DNA from: Fimbriosthenelais zetlandica
Taxonomy: Eukaryota
Reading direction: 5' to 3'
DNA length: 64,000 bases
NCBI GenBank assembly: GCA_977030845.1
Contig: OZ365112.1
Span: forward strand, 8,370,001-8,434,000
Part shown: in pieces, positions 36,201 to 46,400 of the stretch
How the letters are laid out: each line of letters opens with the position of its first letter
Numbering within the stretch: the first letter of the stretch is position 1
Made by a program: the position numbers and the translations under genes
The notes under the pieces: generated by a model
Database searches by the model: none
What the model saw: the letters and a program-made list of their open reading frames with translations, nothing else
Told to the model about the DNA's origin: nothing

Positions 36201-38764
36201 AAGATCGGGTGCCACTTGATGAGAAATGTTGCAGCTGCCTGGCTCTGTGGGTTACTTTGTGAAAACAAACTTGAACTTCTAAAGGGATCTAATCTCATAG
36301 AAAGTGGTTTTGCTTGTGTTTGTCGAAAATGGATAAAGTAATGTTAAGAGATGTTATCTATTGGTGACACTAGGGAACATATACATCCTTTTAGAAACGG
36401 GTCCCTTTTGCTTTTATTAATATTGACAGATTATACTTTTTAAATGCTTGTGTTCAGCTGTGTGTTCTCACACAACACAACACACAGAATCTGTTGGGAA
36501 ACCTTTCGCCCTTATTGTCATTATGGGAAGGGCTCTCTTACAGTTTCTTAAAGTCTCTATACTAAAGCCAAGTCAACCAGTGGGTTATATCGAGTAGGCC
36601 TTTTATAGGCCTAGAATTGTTAGATATTTGGTTGACTATTTAGCCAATAATATTGGAAACCAGGTTCATCAGTCAAGAACTACTACTGTCATTGGGTTTG
36701 ATTGGATAGAGATCACACTTGTCTTAAAGGGCCTTGAGCGAAATGCTACTCTTGAGACTTTCTAAAACTACCTGTGGTAGAATGCTACGTGGGTCCCACT
36801 AGAAATCTATTAGCAGTTGTGTGTCTGAGCAGTACCACTAACATAATTAATGACTGTTTTAAACTCGAACTGGTAGTTTAAAACCCCTCTCAGACTAATT
36901 TACCTAAGACTATTGGAAACCAGTCTTAAGAACTCTGTGTCATTGAACCTAGATAGTAGGTCACACAGTGCTTGTAATAGGAAGACATAAAGGGTTGTGA
37001 CCATGGGCAAATTGAGACTTTCTAGAAGCAGGGAAATTCCTGGCTTAGATCGAAACTTTGGGTACCTCCTGCAGCCAAGTAACCCTTTCTCATAAACCGG
37101 CCACATTCCAAAATGGCGGCCGCCTACCCGTTGCCATGGCAGCCACCGGAAGTATTGGCGCACTGCCCACTGGGACAGCTTCAAGGCAGAGCGCTTCAAT
37201 TAGCAGAGACAAGATGTTTCAGAAAGTCAGTTTGTTGTAATTTAGTTGCCAGAGGGCTATATATAAGATTCCCAGGGGAATATTAGTCCTATAAAATAAA
37301 GCATCAATGTTTCAGAATGATCACCGCATACCTATATTTCCCTTAATTTATATTTCTCTTCTGGCTAGATTTGGGGTAAATACACAAACCAAAGACTTGG
37401 TGATTAAAATAAAGTGAATACTTCATTCTTATGATAAAGTATGGCATAATTACCCTTCAATAATTACACGAAATAATGGGAAATGTCTGTTGACAGCCAG
37501 GCTATAAAGTTCCTACAAATGATTTTGGCATTCAAGATTTTCATAAACATTTTCACAAACTATGACTATAAAATATATAATAGTAAGTGGTTGAGTGATT
37601 TGAAGCTATTAAAAGTGAGGTCTAATGGCACCCATGGGGGAGAAAACAGTCAGGGAAGACGAGTGCTAGCTATACATTCCATCAATGTAACTTAAACATT
37701 TAGTCTGGCTGCATCATCTAGATAGGTCTCATACATAAATGAAGCTATTAAACCTTATTTCAAGCAGTTAAGCCAGTTTGGCAGGAAATCGTGGATGAGA
37801 GTAGTAGAGGGAGATTTCTAGGCATGCTATATATAGCAGAGCGGAGTAGAGCAGCAAGTTTACCTCCCACTACCAGCCCTCATATCAAATTACAGCCCGG
37901 AGGAGCAGGAGCCGGACGGAGAGACGAGTTGCTCCTGGACCATTACCATGAGCAACTCTCTCTGAGGAGAAAACCCTGGTGTAAAGCTGTGTTATACCTA
38001 GAGTTCCTTACTCCTCTACCGGCTAGCTGCTAACCTACCACACCTGTACCAACAGGCTACAGCTCCTTCAGTGCAAAGATCTATATGTTTAAAGTTTAGC
38101 CCCACCTTTTCCAGGAGTAGATCTATATTCCCCCCTTACTTTTCCCCCTTAGATCATCACACAAGAGCTATATCTTCAGCGCCCCATGAACTTTCACTCA
38201 GGGTTCTGGTATGTGCCCCTGATCCATAATCATCCATAAACCAGCACTCTGCTTAGATATAAAAAATATTTTCCCATGCAGAGAACTCAGAAGATAAGGT
38301 AAATCATAGCTTGGCGGGGAATAAATTTATGATGAGCAATACAAACAAATCCCAGTTGATCCCAAATACTCAATGATATATTACTATGGTATATTATGAT
38401 TAAATAGACACCGGTATATTGTTTCAATACCATATTTTGTAATGTAACTAACACAAGATCATATATCATATATTATACACGTCATGCAGACAAAAATTGT
38501 TGAATTGATTCCCATTTAATCGTATCAATTTCCATTGTTGATAAACTGATTAATTGATTAATTTTGCTCTTTTCAGATCCAATTGACATTTTAAGACGAT
38601 TGGAGTATAGATGAATGGCTCGTCTATATAGGGGGTCTATAATATATCTATATACCTACCCTGCTAACAGTGAGGGGTGAACCCTTATCTAGCCCTCCCT
38701 GTAGCCGGAACCCCCATGGCACATCCTCGCCGGGCCTTTGAAGCCAAACCGTCTCCGTTTTCAT
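1..38764 (-). CDS. Zasp: Gene A, spliced: PDZ + ZM (Zasp-like motif) protein of the Zasp/ALP-Enigma (PDLIM) family with a large cassette-exon array; 3' end lies outside the window, so LIM domains cannot be assessed
   Basis: About 24 exons chained by GT-AG sites with consistent phases. PDZ PWGFRLQGG signature, ZM motif AQYNSPLSLY, and SAVYKMIH / IPSKSFRML motifs in the PDLIM order. Symbol is family-level only. Confidence 0.9.
402..605. mobile_element. PIF/Harbinger-type (Tourist-like) MITE
   Basis: 37-bp terminal inverted repeats (402-438 and 569-605, 2 mismatches) starting AGCCGGG, flanked by identical TTA trinucleotides (399-401, 606-608), the TWA target duplication typical of PIF/Harbinger. 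Confidence 0.8.
664..837 (-). CDS. Gene A cassette exon, motif A (IPSKTFMRL)
   Basis: attttgaag|...LAYKGTNIPSKTFMRLQSHV...|gtgagc; 174 nt; phase 1-1. Confidence 0.88.
2624..2725 (-). CDS. Gene A cassette exon, motif A (IPSKTFIRL; absent from the ORF track)
   Basis: caatacag|DSGQNQRIPSKTFIRLSRSVSRDSGSVDGTDPDF|gtaagt; 102 nt; phase 1-1. Confidence 0.85.
3383..3666 (+). promoter_or_regulatory. CpG-rich promoter-like cluster in a gene A intron, with a putative plus-strand non-coding first exon
   Basis: CRE TGACGTCA 3383, E-boxes 3417 and 3519, ETS CCGGAAGT 3504, RFX-like CCATGGTAAC 3535, Inr-like TCAGTT 3602, donor CAG|gtaatt 3661. Confidence 0.55.
4204..4368 (-). CDS. Gene A cassette exon, motif B copy 9
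   Basis: gattttag|...ELAPWERR...EFDEKDFLQGKVPVI...|gtatgt; 165 nt; phase 1-1. Confidence 0.9.
4682..4762 (-). CDS. Gene A candidate 81-nt cassette exon
   Basis: cttttgaag|EARLDGTSAGYEIQFSDLLTVSLSQAS|gtatag; phase 1-1; CpG-rich like true exons, but no motif and a weak donor. Confidence 0.3.
6935..7078 (-). CDS. Gene A cassette exon, motif B copy 8
   Basis: attacag|...PFDEKAFLQGRVPIL...|gtaagt; 144 nt; phase 1-1. Confidence 0.9.
7291..7323. repeat. (ATGAC)n microsatellite, a YCAY cluster on the gene A pre-mRNA
   Basis: atgacatgacatgacatgggggacatgacatgg. Confidence 0.7.
7395..7544 (-). CDS. Gene A cassette exon, motif B copy 7
   Basis: tatttag|...EVPAWARR...NFDERAFLHGQIPMV...|gtgagt; 150 nt; phase 1-1. 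Confidence 0.9.
8376..8492 (-). CDS. Gene A cassette exon, motif B copy 6 (absent from the ORF track)
   Basis: ctgattcag|AQDQQDDRQYDNQEPFDEGAFLDGRLPVISGEAKPRAPR|gtagag; 117 nt; phase 1-1. Confidence 0.88.
8955..9122 (-). CDS. Gene A cassette exon, degenerate motif B copy 5 (absent from the ORF track)
   Basis: gtgttgaag|EEEKPKVYEFQQMAQRRASLDFVDPLAKAEHHAAYMAGRVLGSPVGG...; donor uncertain (several phase-1 GT sites); 168 nt as drawn. Confidence 0.7.
9947..10087 (-). CDS. Gene A cassette exon, motif B copy 4
   Basis: caaacag|...DFDERAYLSGNVAIF...|gtacag; 141 nt; phase 1-1. Confidence 0.85.
10625..10732 (-). CDS. Gene A cassette exon with KPDWAR (absent from the ORF track)
   Basis: cttttgacag|EFSAKPDWARTVDRKKRERAFERSTSQLAQDRQREQ|gtgagt; 108 nt; phase 1-1. 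Confidence 0.8.
11273..11437 (-). CDS. Gene A cassette exon, motif B copy 3
   Basis: ttctag|...TFDEKAFLAGQMSII...|gtacgc; 165 nt; phase 1-1. Confidence 0.88.
12321..12473 (-). CDS. Gene A cassette exon, motif B copy 2
   Basis: EFDERKWLRGEEPVW; acceptor ataatag; weak donor AAG|gtgtta; 153 nt; phase 1-1. Confidence 0.78.
12700..13442. repeat. Degenerate minisatellite, about 47-bp unit, roughly 15-16 copies
   Basis: Unit aattcgtccctttctacagctatctccctccctcctcttttctatca; period measured between 13083 and 13130. Confidence 0.9.
13725..13919 (-). CDS. Gene A cassette exon, motif B copy 1
   Basis: ctttgaag|...RRRRRRRGSL...EFDEAAYLAGRIPIV...|gtaagt; 195 nt; phase 1-1. Confidence 0.88.
14313..14396 (-). 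CDS. Gene A cassette exon without a recognised motif
   Basis: aatccag|DSGVTNGMEEPMVVAPSDSRPHPGDPHA|gtatga; 84 nt; phase 1-1. Confidence 0.65.
15605..15655 (-). CDS. Gene A candidate 51-nt cassette exon
   Basis: ctttctccacag|EPNHRPPEGRPHREGQG(R)|gtaagg; phase 1-1; other phase-1 donors nearby; no motif support. Confidence 0.4.
16604..16771 (-). CDS. Gene A cassette exon, motif A (IPSKSFRML)
   Basis: ISYVGGHIPSKSFRMLQQSIG; ttttcaag acceptor (less certain); donor ATG|gtaaga; 168 nt; phase 1-1. Confidence 0.85.
17419..17568 (-). CDS. Gene A cassette exon, motif A (IPSKAFRML)
   Basis: IRYKGGSIPSKAFRMLKSMTGG; acceptor at 17568 or 17553 (both phase 1); donor CAG|gtgaga. Confidence 0.88.
17791..17850. 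repeat. Tandem duplication, 29/30 bp x2
   Basis: cattgttatt(t)tgagcatgttcaaccagat twice. Confidence 0.85.
18546..18716 (-). CDS. Gene A cassette exon, motif A (IPSRAFQKL)
   Basis: tactag|...DTYDHIPSRAFQKLASLTGG...|gtaaat; 171 nt; phase 1-1. Confidence 0.85.
19159..19697 (-). CDS. Gene A exon with the PDLIM-type SxVYxM motif; short form ends at 19582, long form at 19159
   Basis: ctcatag|KPSGGPDITQSAVYKMIHGLDEP (cf. ALP/PDLIM3 SDVYRMLHD, from memory); two phase-1 donors, AAG|gtacaa and GAG|gtgggt, in one open frame. Confidence 0.85.
21130..21260. promoter_or_regulatory. CpG-rich promoter/enhancer-like cluster (ETS-CRE composite)
   Basis: CCGGAAGTGACGTCA 21189-21203; GCGCCATCTAGCG 21222-21234. 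Confidence 0.45.
21444..21722 (-). CDS. Zasp: Gene A ZM-motif exon
   Basis: cgtttccag acceptor; VVAHAQYNSPLSLYTEDNVLDAFSSQT at about 21485-21565; donor AGG|gtaggt; 279 nt; phase 2-2. Confidence 0.92.
22434..22873 (-). CDS. Gene A Tyr/Asn/Pro-rich exon
   Basis: ttccttttgtag|YANRLSEQLANMEMHDTPMSP...KKPWAYAPDADMLKEHRDRVRR|gtatgt; phase 0 to 2; second acceptor at 22862 (phase 2). Confidence 0.88.
23607..24573 (-). CDS. Gene A large Pro/Ser-rich exon
   Basis: ctattacag acceptor, frame of ORF 23568..24551 (KPKPF, polyproline PPPPPPPPPP), CAG|gtagga donor; 967 nt; phase 2 to 0. Confidence 0.85.
24923..25121 (-). CDS. Gene A candidate alternative exon (phase 2 to 0)
   Basis: ttgttctgtag acceptor, 66 open codons in the required frame (HCVNHPEF...YQPPKIKPNGP), CCT|gtaagt donor; same phases as the adjacent 967-nt exon. 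Confidence 0.3.
25336..25368 (-). CDS. Gene A candidate 33-nt microexon (phase 2-2)
   Basis: acatttcag|G TCA TCA GTG GGA GAG AGA ATG ACG GTT GGA GG|gtaggt (SSVGERMTVG); strong sites, frame-compatible. Confidence 0.55.
25863..25931 (-). CDS. Gene A candidate cassette exon (phase 2-2)
   Basis: tatgtatag|TTTRVDQADPEQFVSPSNSLTP(R)|gtctga; 69 nt, frame-compatible, but weak donor. Confidence 0.35.
   Translation of the reverse strand, partial: HNHQGRPGRPRAICVAFKLLNT
30646..30794 (-). CDS. Zasp: Gene A exon 2, PDZ C-terminal half
   Basis: ctaccag|VSPGSIASTGVSVGDVILRLGEADTASLTHDQAQYYIKAAGNLLQLHIR(K)|gtaagt; 149 nt; phase 0 to 2. Confidence 0.95.
31371..31441. repeat. Tandem repeat, 24 bp x3
   Basis: ttgttaaatgttctaaagttagta units. 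Confidence 0.85.
37109..37158. promoter_or_regulatory. Promoter-like cluster in gene A intron 1
   Basis: YY1-type CAAAATGGCGGC 37109, X-box GTTGCCATGGCAGC 37130, ETS CCGGAAGT 37146, reverse CCAAT 37154, all within 50 bp. Confidence 0.55.
37827..37836. promoter_or_regulatory. MEF2-consensus site in gene A intron 1
   Basis: CTATATATAG fits YTAWWWWTAR; single motif. Confidence 0.3.
38660..38764 (-). CDS. Zasp: Gene A coding exon 1, PDZ N-terminal half
   Basis: MKTETVWLQRPGEDVPWGFRLQGGLDKGSPLTVSR; 105 nt; donor AGG|gtaggt, phase 0. Confidence 0.95.
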
Positions 38765-38872
38765 GGCTTGACCAGCAGACAATAATTAATAATCACAAGG
38801 AACAACAAAGGCACGATCCACCTCCAGTCTTGTGCGGAACTCCAGTTGGTAATTCCTCCAGGGTGTGAGCGG

Positions 38873-38884
38873 CTATATATTATA
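38873..38884 (-). promoter_or_regulatory. TATA-like box of gene A
   Basis: TATAATATATAG in a GC-richer context about 110 nt upstream of the ATG at 38764. Confidence 0.4.
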
Positions 38885-39980
38885 CCGAGTTGGGGCGAGG
38901 CCAGATGGATGGATTAGTCAGTGAGAGGGTGTGAGGAGAGAGATCTAAATGATCAGAGTGAAGCCGGAAGACTAGTAAAGCTGGAATCACAGCAACAGAT
39001 TAACTGGGGTAAAGAGCAGATACTCTGATGCCTCTCTCTATCTTGGACTATATTACAAGGGTAAGGTCTCTCCGAAAATCTACGAAAAAGGCCGAGAGTG
39101 GAAGTAAAGTTTTGGCACCAGAGGAGCACGCGTGTGGTGCTGGTGTTGGATCCCTCCTCCACCTCCTCAATCCACTACTGAGCAGCTCTTACTCCAGCCA
39201 TCACAAGCCGGAGGATCCCGAGCAGTTCCCCCGAGCAGAAGGTCAGAGCAGGCCAGATCACTGGTGCCTCCATACCACCAACACCACCAACACTGCCACA
39301 GACTATCACAGAATTCCTAGAAATAGATTCAACATTGCTTGGCTATGCATGGCCGAGGACTGAAGTGGGGGGAAATGCTTATCAGACATTAATATGCCAC
39401 CTATACTCTTCTGAAGATCAGAATATAATGAATCTTACTCGAATAGGAAGTGTAAATGTTAGGCTAATGTCGTTAGGAGATTTGGTTCATTATCAGTAGA
39501 ATGTATCTGTATAGAACCCCTTGTTCACTAGTAATAGAGATGATAAGAGGTTAAACTGTTACAGGCACAAGGACAGCCATGTGATAGGCTCATGTATCCC
39601 TATACAGAACTACTTCAGTTGGCAGAATTTTTCGTTGAGCTTTTTTCCAAAACATGGGCCCAACAAGAAAGCTGAGGAGAGGTACATGTGTTTAGACTGG
39701 ATCTAATGAAATATGATACATTCCATGCTCCAAAGAAAAAGAAACAAGAAAAGAATAGATATGCAGGAGACGGAGATCTGCTGAGGAAGCCACAACAATC
39801 TGTAACTTTAAGAAATAAAAGTTCTTTCATGAGAAAAGTATTCATTGCTATGTTGTGTCATCTTGATAATTCTGTTAAATATGCCATGGTGTTCACACCA
39901 AAGGCGGGGCTGTAGGAGACAGGAACGTTTTTGACTGCTGGGAGTAGATCACAGTACATTCTGGCTGATCATGTCCCCAG

Positions 39981-40183
39981 CAGATCGCAATCTGCAAGGG
40001 ACACAGATCGCAAAGTGCCAGGTACACAGATCGCAATCTGCATGCAAGGGACGTGATCGCAGTCTGCAGGTGATTATGCTCTGCAGGGTATGGTGATCTG
40101 CAGGGTAATATGATCTGCTATGGACAAGTCTGCAGCAGACTGTGATTGATTCTGTCCTCAGCAGGGGACTCAGGTCTGCAGGA
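39981..40183. repeat. Degenerate short tandem repeat in the intergenic region
   Basis: Recurrent cagatcgcaatctgca / gatctgcaggg units. Confidence 0.6.
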
Positions 40184-40720
40184 GACTAGCCTCTAGGCCT
40201 GAACGCATGAGTAGTTCCTGACTTTGCTGCCCCCTACAAAGCTTTATGTGAACTATATAATCTCAGGGAGCAGGGTAGACAGATTTGTGGGGAGCTTACA
40301 ACTTTTTTCTGCTGACAGCAGCAGAATTTCTGCCCCCATCAACCATGGGCAAGTTTCACAAAAATATATGATATAATATGTACATTGAACTGAATTATTA
40401 TGAAATAAAATAGTGAGACGACTGCACAGATACTGAAATGCTAAACAGTTGACAACAATTTGTCATGATCTGAGTTTATATTAAAGAAAGTTCAATATTC
40501 AGTCCAAACATAATTCTTCCTAAATCTGATGTAGGCCTATTTCCTTCGATATTCAATCAATTGAGTTGAGTCAATTATGTTGAGTAGATATATATTAGGG
40601 GATAATTGCAATAACTCTAACTAACCCTAACCCTTTTATGAGACATGCCCCATGCAGGAAGCAGGGAGTTCATACAGGTCTTTCCTGCGGCCTCACACTC
40701 CATGTCTTCAGGTTAAGAAA

Positions 40721-40734
40721 GTTGCCATGGAAAC
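40721..40734. promoter_or_regulatory. RFX X-box between the divergent genes
   Basis: GTTGCCATGGAAAC, a full 14-bp consensus. Confidence 0.4.
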
Positions 40735-43008
40735 GGCATCAACTATCCAGATCTTGAGAAGGCCCCGCCACTCACCCCAGCCGACAGGGAGGGTCCTTAC
40801 ATTATTTACAAGCTCATGAAAAGTGGGGTGGGACTTATATTTCAGAATTCTAATTGCATGATCCTGAATATATGGATAACAAATGGGCGAAAGGCTGGTT
40901 ATAAAAATGCTTAAAATGAAGGACCAAGATTTATATAAACCAGTCATTAAATAAATGTTTTAGCTACATAAAGAGAGACAGCAGGCTCTTCAGAAGATAA
41001 AGATACATAAACCTCAATGTCCTTTCCTTGTATCTGCAGACAGATATAAAAGTGTTTCCCTTATCATGGAATAGTGTGCCTCATAGGCTGATCCGCCTAC
41101 ACCTCTAAACCCAAGATTAATCCCCCCACCCCTCACCCCTCACCCACAATTCATATGCACGTCAAAGCCTTTAACATGAGATCAAGGACCTGGAGTAACG
41201 TAAAAGTGCACTGGGACCTTGAGATGTTTTCTTTGAGGCAGCCCCAAATAGTTTGTGCTATTACATACACAACCCACATGTATGCTCTCCCTCCCGCCCA
41301 ACATTTTTCTCTTAACCTAGAGGAGAGGAAATTGGAGGAATTCCACAATTTTCAGACGTTCATTATATTATCAATTTTCAATGAGAAAGGGGTATGCTCT
41401 CGTGCAGTGAAATAGCCGAAAGAGTGGTACGTTTTTCCGATTGAAATCCAAAAGTTGCAGCACGTCCTGCAATTTTACAATGACAGAATAGTTAAAACCT
41501 CAATAAGTTATGAACCGGGCTTGTATTTCATATTTCCGCCACTATTGGCGTGTGTGTTCCAGACCCTCCAGGCTAGAGCGAGTAGAACAGTGGCGCCTTC
41601 TGTCGTTTATCAGTGTAAACAGGATGAGCTGCTCCTAGATTCGAAATTTCTTTTGAAAGGTTGGATATTTTACTGCACCAAAGTTGATGGTCCTAATATT
41701 TCAAATATTTTTTTTTCAATTCTAAAAATGTGTTTTGCTACATTTTAGTTTTATCTCACTATAATGATCTACTATACATGGAAACATTAATTGTTTGCCC
41801 CATATATTGGAGATTATGCAGTGAATGCGATGAAATAAAAAGGATAGTTGCAAATGATAAGAAAATGAAATATAGAAAGTGAAACTGAAATAAGTAGTTA
41901 CGGAGCAAGTAAGTTGTTACGGAACATATACCCAGCAGAGAGAGACACTCTCCTTGTCCAATCACAAACTCTCTTATCACGAGCCCCCTCGCGGACTGGC
42001 GAGTAAATATTTGAGTAGGGGCAAGGTAAGGGGTCAGCGGGGAGTGGAGGGTTGGCGAGGTAGAGGATTGTTTCACCTGTCAAGTCTCTACCCCTTCTTT
42101 ATCTCCCTATACCCTACATACATACACTGGCTTCTCCAGGGTCTTGGATCCCCCTTGGTCTATTGTTTATCTCAGTATTTAGCTGACGCACGGCGGTAGA
42201 GTAGATGGTGAAAGATGACCCTAGATTACATGTATAGAGAGAGGATCAACACACTGGAGGGCTCCAGGTGATGGTATATAGGGCGGGGATATAGCCAGGC
42301 TACCTGGAGTGAATAGTTGTGGTTTGGATGTGTAAAAACCGGATCACTACAGTTAGCTAGGTGTGATAGTAATTTAAACGCTAGAGTGTGAGATGGGACT
42401 AAAAATGACTCACAGAACTAACAAGGAAGTGGGTATGTAGATCAATGGTCCCCAGAAAAAATGAAGGTTATTGACAGACCACTTACAAGATGCGGGGGAT
42501 GACAAGATATTGTCCCAATGTCCACATTTCTAAATACATTATTGTTCTTAATATAAAGATATAAGAGAGGTACATGTATATGTAAATACTGCCACCCTTA
42601 TGTATAAAATACGACTCCAATACTATCTGGGCAAATATGTTATTCTTACAATGAAAATATAGGAAACAAATAATTCATATCAGATCATGAGATATCCCAC
42701 CCTTATTTACCAAATTACGATGGAAGACAGTGTCATAGTCTTCCAAACAACAAGTGTTTTCTTGATTCAACACTGCTATATTTGTTAGGGAGTAATATGG
42801 CTGGTCTCAGTTTGTTGCAATTTTGTCACTCGTCCATTGATTATTTTTCTTACGGAAAATGGATGGGAATAAAAAATTAAACGGAGAGTATTGAAGGAGA
42901 AGACCTGGCGCTCATGATAAGATGTTGAGGAGCAATTCTTCTCCTCCACCAACTGCTCAGAGCAGCTGTGAGCAGATCCTCCTCGAAATTCCAGCCAGAT
43001 CAAGTTAC

Positions 43009-43038
43009 CTTCTCGGCACTTCTCGGTACTTCTCGGCT
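43009..43038. repeat. 10-bp tandem repeat x3 upstream of gene B
   Basis: cttctcggca cttctcggta cttctcggct. Confidence 0.75.
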
Positions 43039-43297
43039 GTCTCCGCCCTGGCTGGGGATTCATGGTGGAGATGGGAGGGGGAGGGGGTTGTGGAGGGGAG
43101 GTGTAGGAGTTGTTGTAGGGGGCAGCAGTGTTGCCTTGCCGCCTTCCTGCCTCCAGCATCCGTCGGTTGTTGCTGTGGCTAACTTCCTTCGTCCCTGTAT
43201 CTCGGCCTCCGCCGCCGAACATCGGCCCCGTGTGTGGTGGTGGGGTGGGATGGAGTGAGAGAGAAGGAGAGAGAGCCGGGCCCACACACTTGACACC

Positions 43298-43417
43298 ATG
43301 GCTTCTGGCCCGTACAAAGAGCACGGGGTCTCTCTCCAGAGGGACACGCTCAACACCCCGTGGGGATTTCGTCTCCAGGGTGGCAAGGACTTCAAGGCAC
43401 CACTGACCGTTCAGAGG
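43298..43417 (+). CDS. Zasp: Gene B exon 1, PDZ N-terminal half
   Basis: accATGG; MASGPYKEHGVSLQRDTLNTPWGFRLQGGKDFKAPLTVQR|gtaggt; 120 nt; phase 0. Confidence 0.95.
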
Positions 43418-46400
43418 GTAGGTGACACATTTACTTTTCACCTTTTTCCCACCTTTTTAGCCTGGCCTTGACTGCTGATTCCCATCCTGGGAGCCGCCAT
43501 TATATAGTCTATTGCTCGAGCGAGCATTCCAAGAAGGGCCAAATATAGTGAGTAACCTGGGAGGCTTCGGTTACCACAAGCTGCTATCTTCTCAATATTA
43601 TTTGCGCCAATAAAGCAAAGCAATTGATTGACAAAATATTGAAGAAATACTAAAGATGCAGCTTGGAAAGCTCTGTGCAGCATTGAAATCAGCCCATGCT
43701 TGCACCCGACTCCCTGAGAGCCGAGGCACACCCAGGTCTATCCAGGTTCACGAGTACAGAAAAAAGGTCAAATTCCTAGAATTCAACCATTACCTAATTT
43801 CACCTTTATTCCTGGTCCATAAAAACTCAAAAAAGTAAAACATTGAGACCTACTTTACTTTAGCATGGCCTACAACTGTCCAGTACAAATATTTCCTCAG
43901 AAAATCGGCCATGGTGGCCCGACTAGTAGGTGTATTTTTTCCTGGCAGGCTAGCTGGGTTTGTGTATAAATAGCGAGAGAAGTTGGACGGTGGTGGCGAC
44001 CAGCGACCAGACGCACGTGTGAATAGATTTACGAAAGCTGCAAAAATACCAGATAAATTCACACAAAAACCAAAGCCTCAGGTTGAAAAATAAAATCCCC
44101 AGTTAAAATATATGGATTGGTGTGCAGGTTGGTTTGGATGTGAGCCTAGATGGTATAGCTGTTATCAGCTGATAATATATAGCTCAAGGACAAGTATTGG
44201 TCGTGGGCGGTGCCCGGAGCAAAGGACAAGGATTATATTAATGTACATATCACCCGTGGAGAAATGGTGAATGTCATGGCCGTCTCATATAGAACTGAAT
44301 AGGAGCCAGAGAGAATTTAGTCCATCATATTTTGTTTCTTATTTAATTTCTTAGGCAAACAAAAATGTGTTTCTGCAATACGTAAACTATGACACAAAAT
44401 AAGCTTTGATCTCAATGTCTTATAATTTGCTAGATACAATCATACCTGGTAATATCATTTGTATGTGCTGTAAAGCATCCAAGACTTGATATATTAATTA
44501 TTCAACCCATATGTAAACAGTGCGTCCATTTTAACATGGCACATTGTATGTCTATGACTGTGATCATCTCAGTTTGAACACACACTCTCTGGTAATTACA
44601 TCGCCCGCATGGATCTCGCGCCCATTTTTTCGGTATCACAGAGTAATGATGGGGAGTTTCTTTTCGTTCCCCGTGCTGTGAGGATTCATTCACAGCACAG
44701 GGATCCGTGTAAATGTGGGATGATAAAAAGATGAACCAGGGATCGTGCACGAGGCTGGCATGTTCAACACCCAAGCCATCTGGCAGTGTGGAAATCATAC
44801 TGAGAAATGCTCAATTAAATACCATTTCATAGCCTCGAAATTTATTAATAGCTTTGAAGTCTTCAATCTTAAAATCAGGGGTCATGGAATGTTCATCAAA
44901 TCTGTAAACTCAACAAGATATTTTCTCAGGTTTCGCTTTGGAACCTGAAGCAGCAGAAAAATTTCAGTTTTTCTACCTGGAATCGTTCTTGAAATGAGGG
45001 CCTCAGACTCATCATTCTGGCAAGCTGAGCTGAGTTTTATTATTCCAGTGGGAATTCCACTGAGACAGTCCAAACAAACGGCGGCCGGTCAGTCAGATAT
45101 AGCATCCCTCGATATGAAGGCATTAGATGAAGATAGGAGAGAGGAGGGGGCGTACTTAGTATCAGAAGACTGAAACTCGCCGAACTCACCTATATGTTTC
45201 TGCCTCACTGTAATAGCGCTAGTTTAAGCACTATTCACGAGTACACTCTAAAATGATGCGAATGTTGAACGGAGTAGCCTCTAAATGAATGTAAAATATT
45301 ACTGGCAGATACTCCTCTTAATATGATGGAAAAGGCATGTTATCAAAAAGACAAAGATACAACATCACATTTCCAATTGATTTTATGGATCCACTGACCA
45401 GATTTGAATATTTTTGCGAGGCTCGAGAATACCTGAAAATGAATTATGCAAGATATTGCATTGCTGTCTCACTGGATGTACCAAAATTCTACACCTAGTT
45501 AATTTCCAGTTTTTCCCTTGTGAATAGACGAAATGTCAGTTTGGATTTAGGAAACTAATGCTGTAAAGGTCATCGAAAAAAGTGTCTGATATGTCCTAGA
45601 AGGAGCTTCCAAAAGCTAGTGGAGCTACATAAAATGATCGAATCTCAGCCAATATAATTTAAGTCCTACTTAATAATGACAAGCCTTCAGTTCGTTTAGG
45701 TCATCTATCTATATTTAAGGATTGTAATACAGACTGTTGGCTTAATCGGGTGTGTTATCTTGCTCGAGACCTGATGTATAGTAAGTGAGGGACAAAAACA
45801 ACCACTGTACCAATAATGTAGGCAGACATTTACAGCCAAGACATTGAGCCTTGTATATTGGCCACACATGTGAATGTATTCTGGCAGAAAAGGCAGGTTG
45901 TCAGAAACATTTGACTTTGGCAGCTCGCTGGCCAAGAGCAGCAGCTTCCAGTGAGAGCGTGCACGCAAGGTGGCCTGCTCCGGGGGCCTGCTGATCCATG
46001 CCATGGGAGGTTTTTGGGTCTAGTTATGAAGATCATTCACTGGGTCGGTTCCTGCTGAAGCCACAACCTGTCCAACACTTGTCTCTGTCACAAAAGACAG
46101 ATCAGGGTTGGGGGTTAACAGTGAATAAGCCAAAATCTATTTGTTTTGTTAAACATTAAAACAGGAAGTGCAGGGAAAGGCAATGATTAAATATTCTGAT
46201 TAGGCGTAAGGGATTTACCAGTGACTTGCAGACCTTCTAGGGCAAAATTGAGGTCAATTGCTGTACGTTACAATTGCTTAAAAGGCTTTCCTTCATATCT
46301 TAAAGGAGATTAGCGATTTCATGTTTCATACACTGTAGTTCCCGATACCTTTCTGTGGAGTATTTAAACCAGATGGTGCCGGAATCAGCTGACTAGTACC

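Noticed and set aside
39028-39363. 111-aa intergenic ORF
   Set aside because: No recognisable homology or splice context; possibly a transposon remnant.
43965-43973. TATAAATAG in gene B intron 1 as an alternative promoter
   Set aside because: Single motif with no convincing downstream first exon.
5471-45321. Kolobok-like ends (ccctttaa at 5471 and 32591, ctcttaa at 45309)
   Set aside because: No matching partner terminus found, so no element can be delimited.
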